Shown: one piece after another, positions 33,023 to 42,027 of the stretch
How the letters are laid out: each line of letters starts with the position of its first letter
Numbering within the stretch: position 1 is the stretch's first letter
From: a virus
Direction: 5' to 3' (one strand)
Virus record (IMG/VR): IMGVR_UViG_3300043446_003867
Coordinates: 25,082 to 89,081 of that record
DNA length: 64,000 nucleotides
Made by a program: the position numbers and the translations under genes
The notes under the pieces: generated by a model
What the model saw: only the letters and a program-made list of their open reading frames with translations
The model's database searches: none
Told to the model about the DNA's origin: nothing

Positions 33023-33924
33023 GCACGAAGTACTTAGACAATCCGATCGCATCGCCGCCGACGGTTACGCAGCGATACGGCGAACCGCCGTACCCGATGC
33101 TGCCGAATATCGACGCGCGCTCGCATGGGCTGCGTGTTCTCAGTCGATGGTTCTCGTCGCTCGTGTTCCGGCGCACCATGGCACCCAATCAAGAACCGGA
33201 AGCGTTCAGCGTCACGCCGGATCGAGTCTTCTACGAAATGCCCGATAGCGTCGAGATGCTGGAGTTCCCGGCGATTGGCGTTCTTCCGGGACGAGGGCAG
33301 TACATCACGCGTGGCATTGGCGGCGCGGATCCTGGCGAAGCGCGTGAGGACGGTTACTCGCTAAGTATCCCGTACGACTACCAGGAGATGTTGACGGTCG
33401 AGGTGATCGGCTCAAAAATCGCCGAGCGGCGCGCGATGATCGCGGGTATCGAATCTGCGGTCGGATCGTACGAGGGCACGACCGACCTCCGCTTGGTGAT
33501 GCCGGAGTACTACGGACTGGCGGCGACCTACTCGCTCATGGAACGCGAGAACCTGGAGGAGCCGGATTCGCCTCGCGGTCGTCGGCGCGGGCATTTGTTC
33601 ATTCAAATGCTTGTGCCAGTCGTGACGCAGGCGCGGCTTGTAGAGTTCTTCCCGAGCGTTGACATCAACGTGTCGGGATCGATCGGCGCCGACGTGGGCG
33701 TCGGCTTCTTTCCGTCTAAGGTGGAGGCGGCGACGCTTGCCTACACTGGGACGCAGGCGCTCGCGGCGATGGGTCTGGATGTCTTTCAGGCGCGCACCAT
33801 CGCCCGAGCTACGCTAGGGATCAACAGATTGGAGGCGGACGCGCTGACGATCGACTATCTGGTTGCCTTGATGCAGTGGCTCGCGGCGAGGAATGCTACC
33901 TTGCGCACAGCTACGACCCCGTGA
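33019..33924 (+). CDS. Putative tail terminator protein
   Basis: Immediately upstream of sheath; FPAIGV motif. Confidence 0.55.
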   Translation: MSTKYLDNPIASPPTVTQRYGEPPYPMLPNIDARSHGLRVLSRWFSSLVFRRTMAPNQEPEAFSVTPDRVFYEMPDSVEMLEFPAIGVLPGRGQYITRGIGGADPGEAREDGYSLSIPYDYQEMLTVEVIGSKIAERRAMIAGIESAVGSYEGTTDLRLVMPEYYGLAATYSLMERENLEEPDSPRGRRRGHLFIQMLVPVVTQARLVEFFPSVDINVSGSIGADVGVGFFPSKVEAATLAYTGTQALAAMGLDVFQARTIARATLGINRLEADALTIDYLVALMQWLAARNATLRTATTP

Positions 33925-33948
33925 GACAGTTCGCATAGGAGTTCGCAC

Positions 33949-36453
33949 ATGTCCGTTTTCATCCGTCGATTCACCTTTGACCCCGGCGTCCAAGTTTTTC
34001 TTGAGATCGAGGCGGTCAACGTCCTGGACCTGACTCCGCCGTCGTCGATCACGGGTGTCGGCACTGGCACCGCAATGATCGTGGGCGAGTTCGAGGACGG
34101 GCCGTTCAACACGCCGCTTGAAGTCACGAGTGCGACGGAGCTTGCGAGCACGTTCGGCAACTTCGGTTACACGTACGGTGGCGTGACGGCGCAGAACCCC
34201 TGCGCTCGCGTGCGCTACGCCGATGGCGCAGTGGTTCCTGAGTACTGGAACGGTAACGGGCTCCTCGCGCTCAACGCGAAGCGCTTTTCCCGTCTCCTCA
34301 TCACCCGCGCCGACACCAGCGTCGGCGTCGTTGACTTTGAGCGTTGCGCGTCGATCGTCGGTGGTTCGGCGTTCACCTACTCGCTCTCGCCGGCGCAGAC
34401 GTTCATCTTTGGCACGGCCACGGCGTCGTACACGGTGACGTTCAACGCGGCGGCGGCGACGCTCACCAGCGCGGCGGGCGTCTACCCGACGGGCTTCACG
34501 GGTGGCGAAGTGATGACGATCGTTCGCGACGGCATCACGTATACGGTCGTCTTTCAGGCGAGCGATCAGACGCAGACGCAGGTAATCGACCGCATCAACG
34601 GCACGCTGGGCTACACGGCGGCGGTCAACGGCGGCGGTGGCGTTACCACGCTCTCGTCGCTCAATCGCGGTTCGGGCGCGACGATCGCGATCACCGCGCC
34701 GACGACGGCGTCGGTTCTCGCGGCGACTGGTTTCGTGATCGCGTCGGCGACGGGCACCGGCAACGTGTTGAACATCGCGGCGGTTACGGCGTCCGAGATT
34801 GCTTCGCTCGTCAGCACGGCCTCCGCTGGTGCGGTTGTGCTCACGCAGCTTGATAGCGGCGCGCTCCGCCTTGAGGGTATCGGCGCTCCACTCACGGGCG
34901 TGCTTCGAGTGACGGGTGGCACGGCGACCGCGGCGCTCGGCTTCTCGCTCACGCAGAACGCGGCGTGGCAAAATGCGCCGGTTGAAGTTGAGATCGACGC
35001 GATCGATGCGGGCGTCGCGGCGGCGCTCGGCTTCGCGGTTACGACGGCGCGTCCGGTGATCGTCAGCAGTGCGGGCGTTTACCCGACGGCGTTCGTCGGC
35101 GGTGAAGAGATGACCATCACGGTTGCGGGTTCCGCGCCGAAGGTCGTCACGTTCCAGTCGACCGATCAGACGATCGCGCAGGTTGCGGCGCGTATCAACC
35201 TCACGCTCGGTTACACGGCGGTCGTTGCGCAGAGCGCGACGATCCTCGCGATGGCGGGCACGGGGCAAAGCAGCATCGCGATCCCGGCGGGCACGCGCGT
35301 TCGCAACGCGGGCGGCAACGTGTGGGTCACGATGCAGACCCAGGCAGTCGACGCGGGCGCTCCTGGTCCGTACGCGCTCAAGGTTCGTCCTGCGACCGAC
35401 GACGGCACGGCGCCTCTCGCGGCGGCGCTTTCGATCAACGCGCTCAGCTCGCCGTTGTTCGGTGCGGCGTTCATCGTGTTCAACCCGCTCCAAGTGAATG
35501 CGGCGTTGAGCGAGTCGGCGATCGATGCATCGTACACGGTGGCGATCGACTCAACGCTTAACAGCGCGTCGGTTGCGGCGGAGACGAACATCATCTGGTC
35601 GGCTCGCCAATCGAACGCGGTGCGCACGAAGCTCCGCCAGAACGCGAACGACGCGGCGTCTAGCGGCCTCTACGGACGCATCGCCGTGATTCGTCCGCCG
35701 CTCAAGACCACGAAGGCGCAGGCGCGTTCGGGCGCGGCGCAACCGGGCGTCGGCGCGTACCGCGACCAGCGCGTTGTGTACGTCTATCCGGGCGTGCAGA
35801 CGTTCATTCCGGCGATCGCGACGATCGGCACTGCTGGCGGCGCTGGCTTTACGGCTGATGGCATCATTGACATCGGCGCTGACGGATTCCTCGCGTCGGT
35901 GTGTTCGCAGCTTCCGCCGGAGGAGAACCCCGGTCAGCTCACGACGTTCACGGGCGGCGCGCTCGGCATTGAGGCGGGCAACCCCGACGTGCAGAACCTC
36001 ACGCTCACGGACTACAAGAACTTCCGCGCTTCGGGCATCTGCGCGCCTCGCATGGATCTCGGGACGATGATCTTCCAGTCGGGCGTAACCTCGGTCGATC
36101 CGGCGGTCTACCCCTCGCTGCGCAACATCAACCGTCGTCGCATGGCGGACTTCATTCAGGACAGCCTTGCGATCGCGCTCAAGGCGTTCGGTAAGCAGCT
36201 CGCGACTCGCACGCGTCGCGCGCTCATCACTGGACAGATCAAGTCCTTCATGGACGGGCTGCTCTCGCCGAACAACAGTGCGGCGCAGCGCATTGAGGGC
36301 TACACGATCGACAGCGTGAGCGGGAACACCGCAGAAACGCTGGCGCTCGGGATCTTCCGTATCATCCTGAACGTCCGTACGATCGCCTCGCTCGACGCGA
36401 TCGTGCTGCAAACGACCGTCGGCGAATCTGTGGACGTGTCTCAGACCGCGTGA
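33949..36453 (+). CDS. Contractile tail sheath protein
   Basis: PGV...E N-terminus, VGEFEDGPFNTP..VTS..E....FG, C-terminal LRNINRRRMADFI. Confidence 0.92.
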   Translation: MSVFIRRFTFDPGVQVFLEIEAVNVLDLTPPSSITGVGTGTAMIVGEFEDGPFNTPLEVTSATELASTFGNFGYTYGGVTAQNPCARVRYADGAVVPEYWNGNGLLALNAKRFSRLLITRADTSVGVVDFERCASIVGGSAFTYSLSPAQTFIFGTATASYTVTFNAAAATLTSAAGVYPTGFTGGEVMTIVRDGITYTVVFQASDQTQTQVIDRINGTLGYTAAVNGGGGVTTLSSLNRGSGATIAITAPTTASVLAATGFVIASATGTGNVLNIAAVTASEIASLVSTASAGAVVLTQLDSGALRLEGIGAPLTGVLRVTGGTATAALGFSLTQNAAWQNAPVEVEIDAIDAGVAAALGFAVTTARPVIVSSAGVYPTAFVGGEEMTITVAGSAPKVVTFQSTDQTIAQVAARINLTLGYTAVVAQSATILAMAGTGQSSIAIPAGTRVRNAGGNVWVTMQTQAVDAGAPGPYALKVRPATDDGTAPLAAALSINALSSPLFGAAFIVFNPLQVNAALSESAIDASYTVAIDSTLNSASVAAETNIIWSARQSNAVRTKLRQNANDAASSGLYGRIAVIRPPLKTTKAQARSGAAQPGVGAYRDQRVVYVYPGVQTFIPAIATIGTAGGAGFTADGIIDIGADGFLASVCSQLPPEENPGQLTTFTGGALGIEAGNPDVQNLTLTDYKNFRASGICAPRMDLGTMIFQSGVTSVDPAVYPSLRNINRRRMADFIQDSLAIALKAFGKQLATRTRRALITGQIKSFMDGLLSPNNSAAQRIEGYTIDSVSGNTAETLALGIFRIILNVRTIASLDAIVLQTTVGESVDVSQTA

Positions 36454-36470
36454 GCTAGGAGAGCAGAGCT

Positions 36471-36914
36471 ATGGCAACGAATGATCCGCGTCTCAGAGGG
36501 CAAGAAGTCGAGGTCCGTATCGTCACGAACGGAACCCTTGAAAACAGCATCACGGCGGTCGCCACGTTTGAGGAAACCTTCAAGCTGGAGAAGAAGGAAG
36601 ACGCCTTCCTCGGCGAGACGAACAACCGTTACGATCACATCTTCCAGGGCATCGACGGTCGCATGGAGTTCCAGGTGAACTCAAACGACTGGATGATCTT
36701 CCAAAACGTGATCAAGGCGCAGGCGCAGCGCAAGACGCCGGGCACCAAGATCAACCTCACGCGCACCGACTACTACGCGAACGGGCAGACGAGCATCATC
36801 ACGTACTCGGATTGCAAGTTCGGTCCTTCGCCTACCAGCGTCGCCGGACGCGGGGAGTTCGTGAAGGTGTCGCTCGACTTCTCGTGCTCGGATCGAGTTG
36901 AGCAGTTGAGCTAA
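36471..36914 (+). CDS. Tail tube protein
   Basis: 147 aa directly after sheath, AGGAG RBS. Confidence 0.8.
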   Translation: MATNDPRLRGQEVEVRIVTNGTLENSITAVATFEETFKLEKKEDAFLGETNNRYDHIFQGIDGRMEFQVNSNDWMIFQNVIKAQAQRKTPGTKINLTRTDYYANGQTSIITYSDCKFGPSPTSVAGRGEFVKVSLDFSCSDRVEQLS

Positions 36915-37025
36915 CGCGCGAAAGCGCACAAGTGGACCGGGGCGCCGGTATGCTTCGATGACGATCGCGGCACCTCCCTATCGGCGTTCCGGTCCTCTTT
37001 TCGACGGGAGAAAGAAAAGAGGAAC

Positions 37026-37571
37026 ATGATGAAAGAACACACGCGAAAACTGTCTTCGATGCCTGCGACCGAGGAGCCTAAGCAAGACGACTTCCCCGAG
37101 GTCGATCACGCGACGGAGCCTTTGCCTGCTGCGGCGACGATGCCGGAACCCGAAGGGGATGACGTTCCTGATTGGGTCGTCATCCCTGACAACATGAAGA
37201 TCCCGCGAGGCAAGCGGTTGACGTTCGTTCGCTTCCGCGCGAACTGGACGGATTCGCCCTTCAAGGGAGAGCGGCAGTGCGTGATCTGGACGCTGACTGA
37301 CGGCGAGGAAAAACTCGCTAACGATCGGTGTGCAGGATCGCCGACGCGAGCGCCTGCGGAGTACACGAAGCAGATGATTCGTGTGGTCGACGGCGTTCTC
37401 GTCGATTGGTCGAAGACGCGCGGACCGGGGAGCGTCGACGAGTTTTGGAAGGAGATCGGCCCCAAGTGTCGATCGATGCTCATGCGTATGTACACGCAAC
37501 TGCACCTTCCCTCGGACGAGGACATCAACGATTTTTTTCAGCACTGCGTCGCTGTGCGCACGGCGAACTGA
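37026..37571 (+). CDS. Tail assembly chaperone (gpG-like)
   Basis: Between tube and tape measure; ends shortly after slippery T-TTT-TTT. Confidence 0.7.
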   Translation: MMKEHTRKLSSMPATEEPKQDDFPEVDHATEPLPAAATMPEPEGDDVPDWVVIPDNMKIPRGKRLTFVRFRANWTDSPFKGERQCVIWTLTDGEEKLANDRCAGSPTRAPAEYTKQMIRVVDGVLVDWSKTRGPGSVDEFWKEIGPKCRSMLMRMYTQLHLPSDEDINDFFQHCVAVRTAN

Positions 37572-37885
37572 CGCGAACGACCGATGGCCATTGGCAAGAC
37601 CCCGACGAGCGAAAACGATTGCTGTACGGCGTCGCTCGCTTGTCGGGCGTTCCGATGCAGGATGCGCACTTCGCGCGAGTCCTTGAAGAGATCATGGACC
37701 CGGCGACGCTTGAACGGCAGCGCGTTCGGCGGCACGTCTATCTTGCGAAGTACGGGAAGCAGTCGATGCTTCAGTGGGAGAACGTCGATTCGCGCGTAGT
37801 TCGACAGTATGCAACGGCGCTATCCGATTTCATCGCGGAGGAGAACGAAGCGATGAGGCGCGAGAATAGTCGCCACGAGGAGTGA
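37532..37885 (+). other. Probable -1 programmed frameshift site and gpGT-like extension
   Basis: GAT TTT TTT CAG at 37530-37541; the -1 frame is open to TGA at 37885, four nt before tape measure ATG. Confidence 0.75.
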
Positions 37886-37889
37886 AGCT

Positions 37890-39929
37890 ATGGCGACCGG
37901 CCCCGAGATCAAAACTAAGATCACGATCGATGACGCGGCGACTGCAACGCTGAAGGACATTGAGAAGGGCTTTCGCGACGCTGGCAAAGAAGCGGAGAAG
38001 ACGTCGACCGCCGCGACCGGATTCATCAAGCAGTTCGCGGCGGTCGCGCTCGGCGTCAACATCGGAAACATCCTCGGCGGCATCAAGTCAGGATTGATGT
38101 CCGGCTTCGATGCTGCCGTGGAGGCCGACAAAGAGTTCCGAAAGCTCACGCAAAGCGTGATCGGGATTCAGCGATACGGGAAGCAGTCTTTCGACTCGCT
38201 GCAAGAGCGCGCGACGCTCGTGAAGAAGGCGATTGAGTCGATCGCGGACGCGTCGCAAATATCGCGTCGCGAGTTGGTCGATGCGTTTAACGACGCGGCG
38301 AAGAACACGTCGCTCACTGACACGCAGCTTACGAAGCTCATGTCGCGTCTCGCGGATTCCTCTCGCGCGTTGCCTGCGCCGATCAAGGAAACGCTGGCCG
38401 GCTTTGAGGAGCTAAACAAGAACATGATCAGCGCGAGCAATCCGATCGTGCTGATGGTGAAGCAGGCGGGCTTGCTGCGAGGACACAGCGAGCGCATCGC
38501 CAAAGAGATGGAGTGGATGGGGAAGACTCGCCGCATCAAGTATGCGGAAGAGGCGCTGGCCATCCTGCAAGATCGCGCGAAGAAGATCCCGCCGTCGCTT
38601 GCTGACATCAGTGCGCGCTTCGACGATATGAAGACCGACGCGCTGCGGTCGTTTGGAACGCCGTTGCTGCGCGCGTTCCTTCCCGCGTTGGAGGGCGTTT
38701 ACAAGAAGATGACCGAAGGGCGCGGCGACATTGAAGCGTACGCGCGCGAACTCGGAATGCAGGTCGGTCAGTGGGTCACGGAGGCGGCGCAGAAGATCAA
38801 AGACGGCTTCCAGTACCTTCGCGAAAACGGCTCGGAGATCAAAAAGAACATCGTTGAGGCGTTCACGAACGCGCGCGACATCTTCACAGGCATCTACAAT
38901 CGCGCGAAGGAAATCGCGACGATCTACGCGGCAGTCAAGACGAGTCAGATCATCACTCCTGCTGCTCAGGCGGCGGGTGGGTTGGCAACTGCGGCGGTTG
39001 GAAGGGCGACCGCGCCGCTTGCAGTTGGCGGGATGAACGCAGCGCTCATGCCGGGCATGGCGCTGGGTGCGGGCGCGGCGGCGGCGGCGAGTGGCGGCGC
39101 TCTGGCGAGCATCGCAGCCTTCGTGGGGCCACAGGGCGCCCTCGCGGCGATGATCTTGAGCTTCTTGGCTGCAAAGGACGCGGTCGATGATCTGAGCGAA
39201 ACTATGGCGAACGAAACGCGCCGCGATCTTCAGTCGCGTATGCGGTTCTTCGATGGCATCGCGCAGAAGTTCGACACACTTAGCGACAGCGAAATTGAGG
39301 CGTTCGAGCGAGTGAAGGTGGCGGCGTTGGAAAACGCCGAGGCTCTTGGACTCAATACGAGCGAGATCACTGCGCAGATCGACGCGCAGATGCTGGCGCA
39401 TCGCAACTTGGAAGCGGCGACGATCGGCGCGCAGTCGGCGATGGAAAAGATGCAAGGCATCCAAGACAAGACCGCTCTCGGTGGCATGTCTGGGCTTGCG
39501 GCGATCGAAGCAGATCGGATGAAACTTGAAGCGGCTCAGCAGTTTGCCGAGTCCTTCAACTCAGCGTCCGAGATGAACTTCCAAGCGGCGATCGCAGCCG
39601 ACGCGAAGATGGCGATGAGTTCGGAGACGATGAAGCAGACGCTGTTGACGCACGGCGCGGCGGCTGGTCTTGCTCTCGACAAGCTGGCGGATGCAGTGTC
39701 GTCGACGGATCGCGCGTTCGCTCGGGATCTTCGCCTCGCAGCGTTGAAGGCGGGGGAAAAGGGCGGCAAGGAAACGCGCAACCTGATCTTCAACGGCGCG
39801 CAGTTTACGATCAAGCAGGATTTCCGCGACCAAGACCCCGATCGCGTTGCCGTGGTCTTCCAGCGTGATATTACCCGAGCCGCTGAGAATCGCATCATGG
39901 CCTCGACGGTCCGAGCGTTCGGCGGTTGA
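37890..39929 (+). CDS. Tape measure protein
   Basis: 679-aa helical Ala-rich protein, ITIDDAATATLKDI start; canonical position. Confidence 0.85.
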   Translation: MATGPEIKTKITIDDAATATLKDIEKGFRDAGKEAEKTSTAATGFIKQFAAVALGVNIGNILGGIKSGLMSGFDAAVEADKEFRKLTQSVIGIQRYGKQSFDSLQERATLVKKAIESIADASQISRRELVDAFNDAAKNTSLTDTQLTKLMSRLADSSRALPAPIKETLAGFEELNKNMISASNPIVLMVKQAGLLRGHSERIAKEMEWMGKTRRIKYAEEALAILQDRAKKIPPSLADISARFDDMKTDALRSFGTPLLRAFLPALEGVYKKMTEGRGDIEAYARELGMQVGQWVTEAAQKIKDGFQYLRENGSEIKKNIVEAFTNARDIFTGIYNRAKEIATIYAAVKTSQIITPAAQAAGGLATAAVGRATAPLAVGGMNAALMPGMALGAGAAAAASGGALASIAAFVGPQGALAAMILSFLAAKDAVDDLSETMANETRRDLQSRMRFFDGIAQKFDTLSDSEIEAFERVKVAALENAEALGLNTSEITAQIDAQMLAHRNLEAATIGAQSAMEKMQGIQDKTALGGMSGLAAIEADRMKLEAAQQFAESFNSASEMNFQAAIAADAKMAMSSETMKQTLLTHGAAAGLALDKLADAVSSTDRAFARDLRLAALKAGEKGGKETRNLIFNGAQFTIKQDFRDQDPDRVAVVFQRDITRAAENRIMASTVRAFGG

Positions 39930-39983
39930 CGGTTGCACATCACCGCCATCGCGCGGTAAGTTCACACACCAGGAGATTTCAGA

Positions 39984-40562
39984 ATGAAGACCATCGTCAT
40001 CGCCGCCCCCGACCAGCTTCCGCCGGAAATGGCGGACGATCCTTCCGTCCTCGTGCTTGATCCTGCGACGCTTGATGACGAGCTGATGGCGATGCTCGAC
40101 GCGGCGAGCGGCGGCATGATGGGCGAGGACGACGAGTCGGGCGAGGGCGCGCTCGCCGATTGGGCGGCTGAAGAAGAGAAGGAGCCGGAGCACGCGAAGG
40201 GCGGCTACGGCGACGAGGACGATGAAGAGACGCGTCAGATGTCCGGCGAGGGCGACGACGAGGACGAAGAGTCTGGCGAGGGCGACGACGAGGACGAAGA
40301 GTCTGGCGAAGGCGACGACGCGATGGACGATCCCGAGACGCGCTTCGGCAAGGGCGGTCGCGCTGATGACGAAGACGAGGACGAGTCCGGCGAAGGCGAG
40401 GAGCAGGACATTGACGAGTCGAAGAAGCCGTCTGGCAGCGGTCGTGGCAAGATGGGCTACGGCAAGATGGGCTACGGCAAGATGGGTCACGCGAAGGGCG
40501 GCAAGGGGCTTCCTCCGCTCGCGGCGTGGGCGCGCTCGATGGGCGGCATGGGCCGTCGCTGA
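39984..40562 (+). CDS. Highly acidic low-complexity protein with own promoter and terminator
   Basis: AGGAG RBS; ESGEGDDEDE repeats, GKMGY repeats; TTGCAC-N18-TAAGTT upstream. Confidence 0.8.
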   Translation: MKTIVIAAPDQLPPEMADDPSVLVLDPATLDDELMAMLDAASGGMMGEDDESGEGALADWAAEEEKEPEHAKGGYGDEDDEETRQMSGEGDDEDEESGEGDDEDEESGEGDDAMDDPETRFGKGGRADDEDEDESGEGEEQDIDESKKPSGSGRGKMGYGKMGYGKMGHAKGGKGLPPLAAWARSMGGMGRR

Positions 40563-40575
40563 TCGGTCAATCAAC

Positions 40576-40607
40576 GGAGCCGGAGCATCACTGCTCCGGC
40601 TTCTTTC
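40576..40607 (+). terminator. Intrinsic terminator
   Basis: GGAGCCGGAGCA-TCAC-TGCTCCGGCTTC-TTTC. Confidence 0.75.
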
Positions 40608-40632
40608 ATTTGCGCGCTAGAGTGGGGGCACC

Positions 40633-42021
40633 ATGGCGTCGTCGTTCATCACAATCGAAGAGCTTTCCGGCGCGTTGCGCTCGGTGACGTTGCGCGGTGC
40701 GGCGCTACCCAAGCAGAACTCGGCGAACTGGGGTGCGAAGCAGCGCGTCGTCACGACGTGGTATCCCGGCAACGGGGCGGAGGCGACGCAGCAGATCCTC
40801 GGTCCGACGGAGTCGCAGACGCGATGGGAGGGCGAGTGGAACACGAACCGCCTTGTGGGGATCGATTCCGTATCCTTCTCGGATGGGAGTTCTCCCGGTG
40901 TTGTGCGAAGCATCTTTTCGGCGAACGACGTCGCGGCGGTGATTGAGGATATCTTGCGCGCTGGATCGTCGCTGCGTGTGATCTGGGCCTACGATCCTGA
41001 GCGGTACGATCCGAACACTGGAATCAGCCTCGCGGGAACTTACGTCCCGGTTGAGATCATCCGCGAAGGGCGCGCAATTGAGTGGGATTTCAAGTACGCC
41101 ACGGGTGACGACATCACTTGGTCGATCACTTGGGATTGGCGTTCTCGCGGCAAGAATCAGCAGCAGGTCGTGCAGCTTCGCGACGGTTCGTCCTCAACGA
41201 AGAACGCGCTGACGGCGATGTCGCTCATCACCGAAGCGGCGGTGACGGTTCCGGAGGACAACACCGTGTATTCGGTCACGCGAACGGTGCCGCTCGGTGC
41301 GAGCAAGTTCACCCTCGGCCAGTTGCAGGCGCTCGCAAATCAAGTGCGTCAGCAGGTGCGCTTCTTCTCGCAAGCCATGAATCGAATCGCGGGACACATC
41401 GCGACGGTCACGGAGATCATCAACACGGTCAAGAACTTGCCGTTTGAGATCGCGAATCAGGCGCTCGACTTGTCGACGAACATGATCGCGGAATCGAATC
41501 GCTTCTACGACGCCGTCTCGCAGAAGCCGACGGAGCTGTACGACACCGAGCAAAAGTACACGACGTTCCTGCGCGCGATGAACTTCGCCAAAGGAGCGAC
41601 CGACATCTCGCAGGAGGTGGCGGCGACCGGTGCGGATTCTCAAAGCGTGTTCGCGGCGCAGCTTCAACAACAGCGTGCGTCTGGAGAACAGGGCAACGCG
41701 CAGCCGCTGGGCGTTAAGCCTGGGCGGCAAGTGGGTGGATCGAACACGCAGGCGCAAGCGCACGTCGTGCGGCGCGGCGATACGTTGATCAGTCTGAGCA
41801 TGCAGTTCTACGGCACGCCAGACGGTGCGGCGGACATCGCGTTCGCGAACGCGCTCAGCATTCGCACGCCGACGTTGCCGATCGGTCGCGTGTTGATCAT
41901 TCCGCCGCCGCGCAATCTGAGCGGCAACATCATCGGAGTCGCGCGCCCTGCGCTTCAACCAACGGCGCCGTTTTCACCGACGCTGCCTAACGGTCTTGGT
42001 TCCTCGTCGAACACGCCTTGA
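40633..42021 (+). CDS. Tail tube initiator/baseplate protein with C-terminal LysM domain
   Basis: HVVRRGDTLISLSMQFYG...IAFAN...LPIGRVLIIP; position after tape measure. Confidence 0.8.
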   Translation: MASSFITIEELSGALRSVTLRGAALPKQNSANWGAKQRVVTTWYPGNGAEATQQILGPTESQTRWEGEWNTNRLVGIDSVSFSDGSSPGVVRSIFSANDVAAVIEDILRAGSSLRVIWAYDPERYDPNTGISLAGTYVPVEIIREGRAIEWDFKYATGDDITWSITWDWRSRGKNQQQVVQLRDGSSSTKNALTAMSLITEAAVTVPEDNTVYSVTRTVPLGASKFTLGQLQALANQVRQQVRFFSQAMNRIAGHIATVTEIINTVKNLPFEIANQALDLSTNMIAESNRFYDAVSQKPTELYDTEQKYTTFLRAMNFAKGATDISQEVAATGADSQSVFAAQLQQQRASGEQGNAQPLGVKPGRQVGGSNTQAQAHVVRRGDTLISLSMQFYGTPDGAADIAFANALSIRTPTLPIGRVLIIPPPRNLSGNIIGVARPALQPTAPFSPTLPNGLGSSSNTP

Positions 42022-42027
42022 GTCAAC

